Virus record (IMG/VR): IMGVR_UViG_3300037962_000510
Coordinates: 1 to 46,029 of that record
DNA length: 46,029 nt
Direction: 5' to 3' (one strand)
From: a virus
Taxonomy: Duplodnaviria; Caudoviricetes
Of the stretch, positions 18,001 through 27,440 are shown piece by piece. The notes beneath the pieces were generated by a model. The model was given only the letters and a program-made list of their open reading frames with translations, was not told where the DNA came from and did no database searches. Every line of letters begins with the position of its first letter. The first letter of the stretch is position 1. The translations under genes were made by a program, and so were the position numbers.

Positions 18001-21000
18001 TAAGGCCAGCAAGACTACATTAGGATGGCTAAAAGGGAGTGGCGGGCACTACTCCCTTAAGTCTCAAGTAAAGATTGTAGACACAAAGCCTAATCCTAAA
18101 ACTGGAATTGTCCATAAAGTTTCTACTGATAACATTTCTGTTTCTCGGGTACCTACCGCTCTTGCTTCGATGGTCCCCTCGCATAAAGCTATGCGGGCAA
18201 TGTCTAATGAGATGCTAAAGGAATTCATACTTAGCAAATTAACAACATTAAATTTCGATGTGCCCGCTGCGATTGTTAATAAAATAAAAAAGGCTCAGGC
18301 CGCAGAGGTTGCCGCAAGAGGGGCTAGCGTTGTAGGGAATCCCGACAAGGCAGAAGTCACGGACATCTTCTCAAAACTAGCATCATTTGAAGCTAATGCG
18401 GAGGTTATAAATCAAGAAGTAGAGGCCCGGCAGGCCCTGTGGGATCTTATTCTTCCTGAGATTCAAAGGGATATGTCTCCTGAAGAGATGACTATGGTGG
18501 ATGTATTGAACCTGACATCTCTTGATGACCTTCAGCAAGTAGAAGGTATTGGTGACAGGTTTGCTGAGAAGATTGTAGAGTACAGGGAGCAACAAAAGGA
18601 GCTAGGCAGAAAAGGATTTGAGGATGTAGAAGAGCTGAAGGAGATAAGAGGCGTTGGTCCTACTATGTTCGATAGGATGCTAGAGGGCCTAGCGAAACCG
18701 GACGCTTCGTATGCTGCACAGGATATAGTGTCTAACCTTAAAGATGAAGCTCTTGTGAAGCTTCTCGGTGAGATGCAGCCTCGTACCCAAGCGTTAGAAG
18801 CGCAGCCTATGTTGCCATTTTATGAGCATCCAGAAGTGCCCGGTATGTTTCTTGTGGTAGATAAGCAACTTATTGGTACTGTGAATAGGGAGTACGAAAC
18901 CACAGAGGATGGGGATGTACAAGAGAGATTGGTGCCGGGTGAGAAAGAAGTATTTCATATTCACTATGTAACTCCTGAAGTCCAAACTATCCGCAGTCGT
19001 ACTGTAGGTCAATTCAAAGACATTAAAGTACCTAGAAGCTGGGCACAGCCAGCTCGACCGGGAGGTAGACCAAGAGCTTTTGACGTTATCGACCGGGCAG
19101 AAAGTCTAGATGAAGCAGTGAAAGCAATGCAGAAGGACAGAAAAGAGGAAACGCATGTATCACTTCATGGTAGGACACATGAAGTCCTTGTACTTCCTTC
19201 CGGTAAGAGACTTAGTAGCCAAGACCATACTGCAGAGCAACTAGATGAAGCGGAAAGTGCTGCGCTGGATCCCGAAGATCCTATGGTAAAATCCCATAGA
19301 CTAACTACGAATTCGAAATTCAGAATTATTGATGAGGCCAAAACTATAGATGGTCATTACGTTGTTGAGGGCCCCATAGGGAGTCCCGATTCACAAACAT
19401 TTCAGGTCAGTGAAGCTGATATTATTCGTAAGTCACGGTCTACAGTAAGGGAGTCTGATGTAACCCTAAGGGTACCGGGAGTTCTCACCCCCGAAGAAAC
19501 TCTCAGAGAAGTAGTACGTGAGATTCGTAACTTTGACACCAAAACCAGAGTCTTCACAGTAGGTGAGTGGAGAAGTGAAGTGCCGGGTGTGTACGGAGAG
19601 ATCAGACCAGTCAAAGGAAACCGGCATAGAGTTCATATACTTCGGAAACTCAAGAAAGGTATTCCTGTCCTATACGATCTAACTCTAACTAAAGATTTCT
19701 TCACAGTAGAAGAAGCAGAAAGTTACCTCACAGATCGCGGATTTAGTAAGGGTCCAAGTAACACACAGGCCAGTGAGAACTTTGCAAATCTGCCTTCTCT
19801 GGGTGAAGAGTTAATCAAATCAGACATTATGTTCGTAGAGGAACAACTGACAGATATCATAGATTTCTACGCATCAAAAGGATATGTGCCGCAGCCCATC
19901 CGCGACTATGCCCAGAAGTTTGCTGTTCGATATAGTGGTGCTATAGATCAGTACTATAGTGTAGGACCTTTCGGCAATAGACGTAACAGGGCTGCTGTGG
20001 GTGTGGCTACAGCTACCGATTTGAGGCTAGATGCTACACAAGGTGTAGGTAAAAAGTTAAAGGGGAGACAATCGCAACTAACTCGACTCACTGAAGTATC
20101 ACCAGAAGTTGAGTTTGACCAAGGTAGGATTGTAGTATCGGGAACACAACCCTCTGGGGGTGGCGATATCTCAGTTCAGAGTGCAGTTCTTCTGTCACCG
20201 TACTACGAGGTACATGATCCTGAATTCATAAAGCAAGCTAAGGCTGTCTTTGAGGCTGTGAAACACAATGATAGATTCATCGACATAGCTAATCTAGAAT
20301 TCGATGAAGCGTTAGCCCATAGGCTTGTTGAGGTAGGAGAGGAGGGCCGTCTTGGAATTGTTATCGATCCTAATCCTAGACAGAATGCACTCCATGATGC
20401 ATTCGTTCGGGGCGACGTAGAGCAAGCAGAGTTCAGAGCAAATGTGACTGTTCAGGTCTTTAATGATGGAGAGCCTCAGATCATTACAGTCCCGAAGAAA
20501 GATGTTGTTAGGGTGCGTGATCCTAACAAAGTAGAAGACTATATGAAAATGGCTAAGCATAATTTGGGCGAGATAGATAGTATGCCAGCCACCCCAGAAA
20601 TTGGTATGTCTCCTTACGATGCCGTCTTAGGGTTGAAGGGTGTGGTGAAGAGAGACGCTTATCTAGAGGGACTTAAGGCTCGTATAAAAGAAATTCTAAA
20701 AGGCGTAAGTATAGGAGAGGGTGGCTCTACAGTTGGAGACCTCGCTAACGCAGTAGACCAACTCGTCCCTGCTTACATTCGTATGAATGAGCTTGGGTTC
20801 AGCATTAAGAATGATGGCATAGAAATTCCTGCGGATCTTATAAAGACCCTCAAGACATTATCCTATCAGCAACTCAAGGCACAATTTGCTCCCGACTCTG
20901 CTTACGGGGATATTATGGCAAAGGCTAAGTTGAATATGCTTAATGCTCGTATACGAGAACAGGTCAATAAGCAGAACAAAATGTATAACGGTGATGCTGA

Positions 21001-24000
21001 TTGGCCGATGTGGAAGAAGGTAGAACATCTCATGCAAAACGTGTGGGATCCTAGGACGGCTGAATTCATTTATCAGACTCGGCGTGAGTTGGCCTCTAAT
21101 TCATTTATTACTGGGCTACCCACCGACTTTAAACTTGGAGTTGAAATAAGGGTACCTGCTACTGGATCTACGGTCCAAACTCTCGGCCTCGCCGCAAAGT
21201 TTTGGAGCCCCAGAGAGATGGCATCACGCCACCCCACTACTAAGACATTTGTGTACATGTCTGAGATGCACAGAACTTCACACGGACGCGATGTAAAGAG
21301 AGGCTTGCGTATCGTCCAAGGTCTTTTGGCAAAAGACTTCGGCATGGATCTCAAAAGGAAAAACCAGATCTGGGAAATCCTGCAGTCTGATGAAATTGGG
21401 GATGCTATGTCTCGTCCTTCAGATGTTCTTAGCAGGGAAGCCATACTAAAAGCCATCCCTACTGATCTGCCAAAGAATCACCTCCTACATGGTATACATA
21501 ACTGGACTTGGGATTGGTATTACCAGTACCATACAGTACGTAATTTGCTGGTTGAAGCTCGCCGGATGGAAATTCGTAACGCTCTCTTCCGGGGCTTCCA
21601 TCCAGAAGAGATAAAATTCTCCACAGATAAAGATTCCGCCGAAGTATCTCAAAAAATAGATGCAAAGACGGCTAAGAAACTAAAGAAAGACTATAACCTT
21701 ACTCAGAATGAGTACGCAGTAATTAAAGAAAGAATTGAGGATGGAGAGAAGGTCTATAATTTAGATCGTAATTCGAATGCTGCTTACGCTAGACCTCAAT
21801 CTGAAATAGATGTATTCTTAAATCTCATAGAAGAGTATCCCAATCTGGCTTCAGTTCCAACGGCGGCTAAGCAGGGATTACCTGAGTGGATGACTCAGGA
21901 GTTTGATTTCTGGGCGCGGTACGGTATTAAAAACTACGCCCCTCGGATCTTGCAAGGCAGGCATAAAATCTTAATGACTGATCCCACTACAGGGGACAAT
22001 AAGCTGGTAGCCTTTGCGCCCGATGGGGCAACCGCCCAAGAGTTTTTCATGCGTGTTGCTAGAGGTCAGATCGCCGGGTATGCACCGGGCACGGAACAGC
22101 ATATGTATTTCAAGGTCGGTAAGGCTATAGCCGATGATATTGACCATGAATTCCTAGGGCCCGCCCGATTCGCAAGCTTCTACACAAAGATGGCTAAAGA
22201 GGTAGGAAGCGAAAAAGGAGCACAGCTTGCCCGTACCGCAGCACAGGCTCTACGTATAGGAAAAGAGAGAGCTGCACCCCGTGACCTGCACAACCAAGCT
22301 AGAGTTTCTGATCTTTCAGAAATTATTGAAGACCCTTATGAGCGTCTCATAATTTACTGGGCGCGTTCCAGTCGTAATAATTTCCTACTCAACATAGAGC
22401 ATACTTATGAAAAAGTTAGAGCTGCAGATGCTGCTGTGTCTCGTGCTCATGGTATCACAAGCGTATTCGGTGATAAAGCATTAGGAACTGTGGTAGCATC
22501 GGGTGATGAGACTGTTCAAGAGTACCTTTCTGACCTTAAGGATTCGTACATGGGTCGGGAAACACAGACGGAAAAACATTTCAATCATATTATGGCGCTC
22601 CTTTCCTCTGGAAATATCAAGCCAAGCAAGGTATTGGCGACTATAAAGGACCCGAATAAATCGATTTGGCATGACCCTGAAGTATTTGATGGTCTATACA
22701 ATAAGAACTACTCTGCAAGAAAATACGCTGAAGAGCAAACTATGCTAACTAGTGTGCTACGCCTAGGATTGAATGCTACAGGTGCAGCTATCAACAGCAC
22801 GCAGCACTTTATGACTACAGCAGGTGAGCTTATACGGAGAGGTAGTTCAGCTAAACACGCATGGACAGACTTTTTTGCTTCCCATAAGGACTATGCAAAT
22901 TGGAGGACCGGCAGAGGAAACCATGATGAACTTCTAGAGTATGCCCAAGCTGTAGGTATAGACCTTATGCCAGTTAGAGGAGCTGCAGGTCCGGGCCTTG
23001 GTGTTTTAGGTCTTGGCAGGCCTACAAGATTTGAAGGGCAGAGTATACCTAATCACCTAGCCAAGTTAGCCGCGCATTATTCTATGAGCATGTTCGCCGG
23101 AGCGGAAACATTTGTTAGAGCTAACTCAGCATTCGCTGCGCGTCGGAATGCAATGCGTAAGGTTGATCCTGATACGGGGGAAAAACTTTCAGACGAAGCT
23201 ATAATTCAGTTTGGTAAAGAAGTTGTGGATTCCACAATGTTCCAGTATTACGACCAAGCACTCCCTCCAATAATGCGTGGTTCATTTATGAGGGTGCTTG
23301 CCCAGTTCGGTCAGTACCCCTACTTTATGGCGAAGTATGAGTATGACCTGCTAAGACAAATAGTTAAGGGGAAGACTGAACACCAAAGTCAAGCAAGCCT
23401 ACGTAACAGAACAAACGCGATAAAAGCATTTGCCAACTACAATCTTGCAGGTACCACATTGGGTGGTGGCTTGTGGTTCTCTGCTTCTAAGCTGTTCATT
23501 ACCACCCCTCTTCTTGCTCTTGCCCGTTCTTTCGGACTCTCAGAGGAAGACGATCCAGAACAGTTGTATATAGAGGCATTCGATAACCCAAATGAAACTG
23601 TTCGTAATACGGTAGGCAATAATATAGCAGACCCGGAATTCTTCAATGCAGAAAACTTTTTCCACTACGGGATATCCAGTATAGCCGGTCATCAAATGTC
23701 TGGACGGTACGGCATGGGTGGGATGCACTTTGATCCGAGTGGCGCACTCGACCGTCTACTAGGTCCTACGATGGGTGGTATGTATCAAAGTACTTATAAT
23801 ATGATGTACGGTGATCAGGGTTACATGGCAATGCCGGAAAACAAAAAGGCTGCATTCATGGGCGTAAGTCTTGGGACGTTAGCTACTTTCGCTACTAAAA
23901 GATATCCTTTAAGCTGGATGACAAACGTGGCTGCTACTACAATGATAAGCAGTAAACTAACAGGTGGCAGTAGTCTTCCAAATTTCATTGCCGATACAGA

Positions 24001-24478
24001 GACCGGACAACGCTGGTTTAAATCTATATCTCCAAATGTCTTGGATGGGATTCTCCTGACATTGGACATATTCGGGGATGGTAGTATGGAATCTACAGAT
24101 GCAGCCAACCAGACTATAAGCTACCCTTCAATATTCCATGCGTCATACGCTATAGGGTCCCAATTTCTTGGGGCGCAAACAATGCAAGCTTCCGATGAGC
24201 GTGTATACAATAACTATCTCTTAAGAAGCCAAGAGCGGGCATCGAGCTTACGTCGTAATTATGTAGACCAGATGGTGGCAGCGTATCTCAGGAATCCCAA
24301 TCTTCAGGTGACTAACAACGAAGAGGTATGGAAAATTGTCGATAACGCGATGAAAGCAGGAATTTACCTTGTCCCCTTTGAAGATATACCTGAGGCTCTA
24401 CAAAGAAGAAGACAGGGCTCTACAGAGCAGGTGCAAGAGAGAAGTCCGTGGTTCCAAAGGGGTTATCAAGAAAGGTGA
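15014..24478 (+). CDS. Giant internal virion / polyvalent protein with a ComEA-like HhH domain
   Basis: 3154 aa; Gly-rich hydrophobic N-terminal segments; SH3/KOW-like repeats (about 17130-17630); tandem HhH LQQVEGIGDRFAEKI...LKEIRGVGPTMF (18500-18680); helical C-terminus. Confidence 0.7.
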   Translation: MSSKNPWIPSLLLERHRNTYLDEEERRFQEQQERPSGPSLEDYDRWMSTLGNLAYQTDEENPFKGVSPSQVSRDPGESPLANRVSSDASVLSSALTGQQEQQDLWERVQAAEAERAADPKPYGYRELEGPVDAFKNGLAQGIDLASVAAATAIREGGQMLGDESLEQFGDVARRKIIADFEYLQGANADTKAEWFMQTLGQTAPMVFAAVGTGILGGKAAAAVAPALGMGAMATRIAKTFGAWGGAFTSFYPMELGMLQHQFEGLERADGSIVTAEEAEQEAAIPAAEIAAMESLFEGIGLAGRLAVGRTGVGRKLFGEEAKKSIYRKLAEAMIAGGITEGITEAAQEARNITAEAEVVGNPVPTISEILEDPQHRPRINEAAKAGTAMGVFFGGLFGGYRALTDKAEPTEMEILLEASEVERATAEINSFDPDTAPVGTEVETPDGTRRKIETKNGQARWIHIDENGQNAGFAKKPTPQEWQTALDEQIKDIQNSLNVEESGVTRPQQEPPIPGVQPVVEGAADPVFVPESVKAINDLHPEQGVDVEVTRANMHQLAWSYNRNAQQIVNTKPEKEVNKILEDHRKIALDPDNGATYAERLTALGRIRAIEYARRRNKAKRQDTTGGQLPPESYDIHIAVHEMATWDDTDFDQWAAIVEAGDDPISKRILREARVIRANQPNLVGTAQDEVAKRLEDIRANDTKGLAKGSIVTAQDGNTGKVINIRNSGALDVIFEGDKDPVVVLPSEVNVTPPVGVKVKTDSGQVVTVERTSDNNKFLVTLPDGTTTVIDASTVESAGESPAVSAALDEEFEQQADEAVKKKEEEAVQIELPIEVPVVDKRTGKKTKAEKIGPDAVTLEDGTQVSIDDVAIAVGRVLENASVPVAEIEPSPVTDKREIPTFVAGTVPRKLEKGDTRGPFHINFVQIPEEGGHAQTFENLVLTSSDDQQTDAVKNLALEDMIKAINDFGLYLFPQPAKAGYRTYAIEVRNFHREATKASKTTLGWLKGSGGHYSLKSQVKIVDTKPNPKTGIVHKVSTDNISVSRVPTALASMVPSHKAMRAMSNEMLKEFILSKLTTLNFDVPAAIVNKIKKAQAAEVAARGASVVGNPDKAEVTDIFSKLASFEANAEVINQEVEARQALWDLILPEIQRDMSPEEMTMVDVLNLTSLDDLQQVEGIGDRFAEKIVEYREQQKELGRKGFEDVEELKEIRGVGPTMFDRMLEGLAKPDASYAAQDIVSNLKDEALVKLLGEMQPRTQALEAQPMLPFYEHPEVPGMFLVVDKQLIGTVNREYETTEDGDVQERLVPGEKEVFHIHYVTPEVQTIRSRTVGQFKDIKVPRSWAQPARPGGRPRAFDVIDRAESLDEAVKAMQKDRKEETHVSLHGRTHEVLVLPSGKRLSSQDHTAEQLDEAESAALDPEDPMVKSHRLTTNSKFRIIDEAKTIDGHYVVEGPIGSPDSQTFQVSEADIIRKSRSTVRESDVTLRVPGVLTPEETLREVVREIRNFDTKTRVFTVGEWRSEVPGVYGEIRPVKGNRHRVHILRKLKKGIPVLYDLTLTKDFFTVEEAESYLTDRGFSKGPSNTQASENFANLPSLGEELIKSDIMFVEEQLTDIIDFYASKGYVPQPIRDYAQKFAVRYSGAIDQYYSVGPFGNRRNRAAVGVATATDLRLDATQGVGKKLKGRQSQLTRLTEVSPEVEFDQGRIVVSGTQPSGGGDISVQSAVLLSPYYEVHDPEFIKQAKAVFEAVKHNDRFIDIANLEFDEALAHRLVEVGEEGRLGIVIDPNPRQNALHDAFVRGDVEQAEFRANVTVQVFNDGEPQIITVPKKDVVRVRDPNKVEDYMKMAKHNLGEIDSMPATPEIGMSPYDAVLGLKGVVKRDAYLEGLKARIKEILKGVSIGEGGSTVGDLANAVDQLVPAYIRMNELGFSIKNDGIEIPADLIKTLKTLSYQQLKAQFAPDSAYGDIMAKAKLNMLNARIREQVNKQNKMYNGDADWPMWKKVEHLMQNVWDPRTAEFIYQTRRELASNSFITGLPTDFKLGVEIRVPATGSTVQTLGLAAKFWSPREMASRHPTTKTFVYMSEMHRTSHGRDVKRGLRIVQGLLAKDFGMDLKRKNQIWEILQSDEIGDAMSRPSDVLSREAILKAIPTDLPKNHLLHGIHNWTWDWYYQYHTVRNLLVEARRMEIRNALFRGFHPEEIKFSTDKDSAEVSQKIDAKTAKKLKKDYNLTQNEYAVIKERIEDGEKVYNLDRNSNAAYARPQSEIDVFLNLIEEYPNLASVPTAAKQGLPEWMTQEFDFWARYGIKNYAPRILQGRHKILMTDPTTGDNKLVAFAPDGATAQEFFMRVARGQIAGYAPGTEQHMYFKVGKAIADDIDHEFLGPARFASFYTKMAKEVGSEKGAQLARTAAQALRIGKERAAPRDLHNQARVSDLSEIIEDPYERLIIYWARSSRNNFLLNIEHTYEKVRAADAAVSRAHGITSVFGDKALGTVVASGDETVQEYLSDLKDSYMGRETQTEKHFNHIMALLSSGNIKPSKVLATIKDPNKSIWHDPEVFDGLYNKNYSARKYAEEQTMLTSVLRLGLNATGAAINSTQHFMTTAGELIRRGSSAKHAWTDFFASHKDYANWRTGRGNHDELLEYAQAVGIDLMPVRGAAGPGLGVLGLGRPTRFEGQSIPNHLAKLAAHYSMSMFAGAETFVRANSAFAARRNAMRKVDPDTGEKLSDEAIIQFGKEVVDSTMFQYYDQALPPIMRGSFMRVLAQFGQYPYFMAKYEYDLLRQIVKGKTEHQSQASLRNRTNAIKAFANYNLAGTTLGGGLWFSASKLFITTPLLALARSFGLSEEDDPEQLYIEAFDNPNETVRNTVGNNIADPEFFNAENFFHYGISSIAGHQMSGRYGMGGMHFDPSGALDRLLGPTMGGMYQSTYNMMYGDQGYMAMPENKKAAFMGVSLGTLATFATKRYPLSWMTNVAATTMISSKLTGGSSLPNFIADTETGQRWFKSISPNVLDGILLTLDIFGDGSMESTDAANQTISYPSIFHASYAIGSQFLGAQTMQASDERVYNNYLLRSQERASSLRRNYVDQMVAAYLRNPNLQVTNNEEVWKIVDNAMKAGIYLVPFEDIPEALQRRRQGSTEQVQERSPWFQRGYQER

Positions 24479-24759
24479 AAGAGTATATATTAGGAGCACC
24501 CGCCCCGTTCCTCTTAGGAGTTATAGTGCCCCAGACCTTACCTGATTTCACCAACGACGGCACTGTTGCTACACTTCTACTGGGTGTGTGGGTAACACTA
24601 TGGTTCCTCGACAAGATTGGAAAACTTCCCGGTAAAGTCAAACAGGATGAAGAGCAAGATAAAATACTTAAAGTCATCTTACGAGATCTGACCCATAAAA
24701 TTGATGAGATGAGTAAAGCTATCACTGAATTACGAGTCGAAATCGCTAACAAAAAATAG
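24475..24759 (+). CDS. Membrane protein, holin/antiholin-like
   Basis: Two hydrophobic segments plus a coiled-coil; GTG start overlapping the previous TGA (track start 24448). Confidence 0.55.
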   Translation: MKEYILGAPAPFLLGVIVPQTLPDFTNDGTVATLLLGVWVTLWFLDKIGKLPGKVKQDEEQDKILKVILRDLTHKIDEMSKAITELRVEIANKK

Positions 24760-24768
24760 AGGAGTCAA

Positions 24769-25002
24769 ATGAAAAAGCTTGTATCAATCTTTAAAGACAA
24801 CAACGATTGGAACGAAAAGACAATCGTTGGTGCAACATCATTCGCTGTTATGGTACTCACCGCTGTTGTAGATGTGACGACAGGGATCTGGGGGATGGAA
24901 CTTCAGGTCCAAGAGTTTATCTATAATTCCTTTCTCATCATCACGCTAGGTTGTTTTTCAATCAGCGGTGTAGAGAAGTGGGCACCTAAAAAAGACGACT
25001 AA
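24769..25002 (+). CDS. Putative holin
   Basis: 77 aa, two TM helices, charged C-terminus (EKWAPKKDD), strong GAGGAG SD, in the lysis cluster. Confidence 0.6.
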   Translation: MKKLVSIFKDNNDWNEKTIVGATSFAVMVLTAVVDVTTGIWGMELQVQEFIYNSFLIITLGCFSISGVEKWAPKKDD

Positions 25003-25400
25003 TGCCCGCACGTTTGAACGACGGAACCGAAATTGTAATGCCCCTGCGTAACCTCCTGTCCATCGTGGCAGGGGTTGCTCTTGGGGTGTGGGCATACTTT
25101 GGGATCGTTGAGCGACTCAACACCATAGAGACATCTCTTATTATGATGGAGCAAGAGGTTGAACTGAATAGTGAGTTCCGCGTTCGGTGGCCTAGAGGTG
25201 AGTTAGGCTCTCTACCTGCTGACGCAGAGCAATTTATGTTACTCGGTCACTTAGAGACTGAACTTGATAAGCTCATTGAGGAAGTCGAATCGGGTGGCGC
25301 ACCCGTGGACCGACAACAGCAACTCACGCTCGAATGGTACGCGGAACGGATACAACAATTAGAAGCTCAAGTTGAATACCTACGAGGTAACGGAAGATGA
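25002..25400 (+). CDS. TM + coiled-coil protein (lysis region)
   Basis: MPLRNLLSIVAGVALGVWAYFGIVERLN...WPRGELGSLPAD. Confidence 0.65.
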   Translation: MPARLNDGTEIVMPLRNLLSIVAGVALGVWAYFGIVERLNTIETSLIMMEQEVELNSEFRVRWPRGELGSLPADAEQFMLLGHLETELDKLIEEVESGGAPVDRQQQLTLEWYAERIQQLEAQVEYLRGNGR

Positions 25401-25864
25401 TAATGATGTTGATGCGGGTCCGGCATGGATCGGACTCTACTCTAGGCACGTTGATAGTGGATGGTGAGTTTCAATGCTACACCCTAGAAGACGAAGTACG
25501 GGAAGAAAAGATAGCAGCAGAGACAGCTATACCTGCGGGTAGGTACGAGGTCCTTCCTCGTGCAGAGGGAGGTATGCATCCTAAGTACGCAAAGAAGTAC
25601 GGCGAGATGCACATAGGGATGGCACACCTGCAAGATGTACCCAACTTTCAATACGTCTACATCCACACGGGCAACACAGACGACCACACAGAAGGCTGTG
25701 TCCTTGTTGGTGAGGATTTTGTAGAACTGCCTGACGGGAACCACGAGCTACGTGATTCTCGTACAGCCTACAAAAAACTCTACGCAGAGATGCGAGAGGC
25801 GTGGGATCAGGGAGAGAAGGTAGAAATTATTATCGCACAGAATTCCGCTAAGGAAACTTTTTAA
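25397..25864 (+). CDS. DUF5675-like putative endolysin (L,D-transpeptidase-like fold)
   Basis: STLGTL..CYTLED...ETAIPAGRY...LQDVPNFQYVYIHTGNTDDHTEGCVLVG signature. Confidence 0.75.
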   Translation: MIMMLMRVRHGSDSTLGTLIVDGEFQCYTLEDEVREEKIAAETAIPAGRYEVLPRAEGGMHPKYAKKYGEMHIGMAHLQDVPNFQYVYIHTGNTDDHTEGCVLVGEDFVELPDGNHELRDSRTAYKKLYAEMREAWDQGEKVEIIIAQNSAKETF

Positions 25865-25882
25865 ACAATCAGGAGGAACGTA

Positions 25883-26557
25883 ATGACTAATTCATTACAG
25901 ACTTTAGTAGTTGGTGGGCTTCTTATCTTCTCTGCTGTAACACAGTGGCAGTTAGGTCAGGCCCGTGCAGAGGCAGAATCAAACCGTGTTCTAGCTGACA
26001 GTATCTTTGCAGAGAAAGTTGTAGCAGAGATTGAGGCCGACTCAGTTTGGGAAGTCAAGTTTGCAGAACAGGCAGAAGATCTACAAGCACAACTCTCTTC
26101 ACGCGACGACGAGATAGGCGAACTAGCATCCAAGCTAGACTCAGCCAACGTCCGCATTGGTCTCCTCACAGAAGTCACAGCCGCCGCACAGGGTCAGATC
26201 GTTAGCCTTTCCGACAAGAACGGCGAGCTTGCTGACAGTCTCATGGCTCTAGGAATCTCCGGTGAGTTCGGAGGTGAGGTCAAGGATGATGTCCTCACAG
26301 GCACGTGGTCCCTTCTTCTCCCTCAACTTGAGCACACACTCGACTACTCCGTCAGTATTCCCGGCGAACTAGTAGTAAGTAAGGCGGGTGACGGGCGTAC
26401 AATCGTGACCGCACGCTCTACAAACCCACGCGCATCCCTCACACTCGGGCAAGTCTTTGTAGACCCACCCCCACCTCTGGTCTCTTACCGAATGTCCTTC
26501 AAACAAGCGACTTTGTTCATGGGTTTAGGTGCGGTAATCTGGGAAGTTGTTCGGTAG
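25883..26557 (+). CDS. Spanin-like membrane protein
   Basis: N-terminal TM, long coiled-coil, beta region and C-terminal hydrophobic helix; last gene of the lysis cluster; AGGAGG SD. Confidence 0.5.
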   Translation: MTNSLQTLVVGGLLIFSAVTQWQLGQARAEAESNRVLADSIFAEKVVAEIEADSVWEVKFAEQAEDLQAQLSSRDDEIGELASKLDSANVRIGLLTEVTAAAQGQIVSLSDKNGELADSLMALGISGEFGGEVKDDVLTGTWSLLLPQLEHTLDYSVSIPGELVVSKAGDGRTIVTARSTNPRASLTLGQVFVDPPPPLVSYRMSFKQATLFMGLGAVIWEVVR

Positions 26558-26560
26558 GGG

Positions 26561-26589
26561 TTGACAGCAAAACAAGTCTCCTTTAGCTT
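26561..26589 (+). promoter_or_regulatory. Sigma70-like promoter opening the replication module
   Basis: TTGACA-17 nt-TAGCTT in the intergenic gap, followed by an AGGAGG SD. Confidence 0.7.
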
Positions 26590-26633
26590 GGTCTCACAAT
26601 TTTTCTTTCCCGCTCTACAGGAGGACGAACCTA

Positions 26634-26906
26634 ATGAGCGACGGTACTATAATGCGAAGAGGCTCTGACGAAGTAGGACCCGGCTTTCCTTTGCCACCTT
26701 TCTTACAGGACAATATTAAAAAGACAAGTGAAGTCCGTCTTTCGCTCCCCGATCACCCTGACCTAGAAGAAGGGGGCGCACCTGTGATTGTAATAAAATC
26801 AAGTGCAGACATGCACGAACTTTTTATTACAGCACACACGGAAGGGGCACCTAGGAATGCCGACGAGTACAACGCAATCATTAAACTTTACGACAGTCAA
26901 TCATAA
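26634..26906 (+). CDS. Hypothetical protein
   Basis: 90 aa, AGGAGG SD. Confidence 0.7.
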   Translation: MSDGTIMRRGSDEVGPGFPLPPFLQDNIKKTSEVRLSLPDHPDLEEGGAPVIVIKSSADMHELFITAHTEGAPRNADEYNAIIKLYDSQS

Positions 26907-26923
26907 CATCAGTGGAGTATGCC

Positions 26924-27112
26924 ATGTCTGAAGACATCAAGCAAATCGTTAACAGTGCAATCGAGGACTTCATGGCTAAGTTCGAGGGCCGACTTGCATC
27001 TTCGATGCAGAAAGCTTTGGACATAGTAACACATCAGCAGGAGAAACGTCTAGCTGCATTAGAAGAAGATGTTGCAAGGCTACTTCGACATACGGGTCTT
27101 AAGAATGACTAA
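26924..27112 (+). CDS. Small coiled-coil protein
   Basis: GGAG SD before ATG 26924 (track start 26912); EKRLAALEEDVARL. Confidence 0.65.
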   Translation: MSEDIKQIVNSAIEDFMAKFEGRLASSMQKALDIVTHQQEKRLAALEEDVARLLRHTGLKND

Positions 27113-27440
27113 TCCATTTTCTTCCCTCGTCAAAGGCCCTAGGTGGGCCTTAGAAGACCGAACAGATGTTGAGGAGGGTGACACCATACTTGACACAGCC
27201 AAGCGCGTTACAGCGCAAGACAGAGGCTTAGATTATGGACACCCCTCTATCAATCACAAACGTACAGCTAGCTTCTGGTCTATCTATCTTGGCAAAGAGA
27301 TCACACCTGAAGATGTATGCATGATGAACATCTTACAGAAGATCAGCAGAGGGATGAACACCCTTACTGAAGATACTCTTGTCGATATAGCAGGGTACGC
27401 CCGTAACATAGAAATGATAGCGGAGCCATCGGATGTCTAA
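27105..27440 (+). CDS. DUF6378-like protein (all-helical nucleotide pyrophosphatase-related)
   Basis: DRGLDYGHP...TASFWSIYL...DVCMMNILQKISR...DTLVDIAGYA signature; ATG 27105 (track start 27069). Confidence 0.75.
   Translation: MTNPFSSLVKGPRWALEDRTDVEEGDTILDTAKRVTAQDRGLDYGHPSINHKRTASFWSIYLGKEITPEDVCMMNILQKISRGMNTLTEDTLVDIAGYARNIEMIAEPSDV

Noticed and set aside
15014-24478. Virion RNA polymerase (N4- or crAss-like), suggested by size
   Set aside because: No DxDGD motif and no convincing single-subunit RNAP motifs were found by eye; NGDAD is not a match. A profile search is still advisable.
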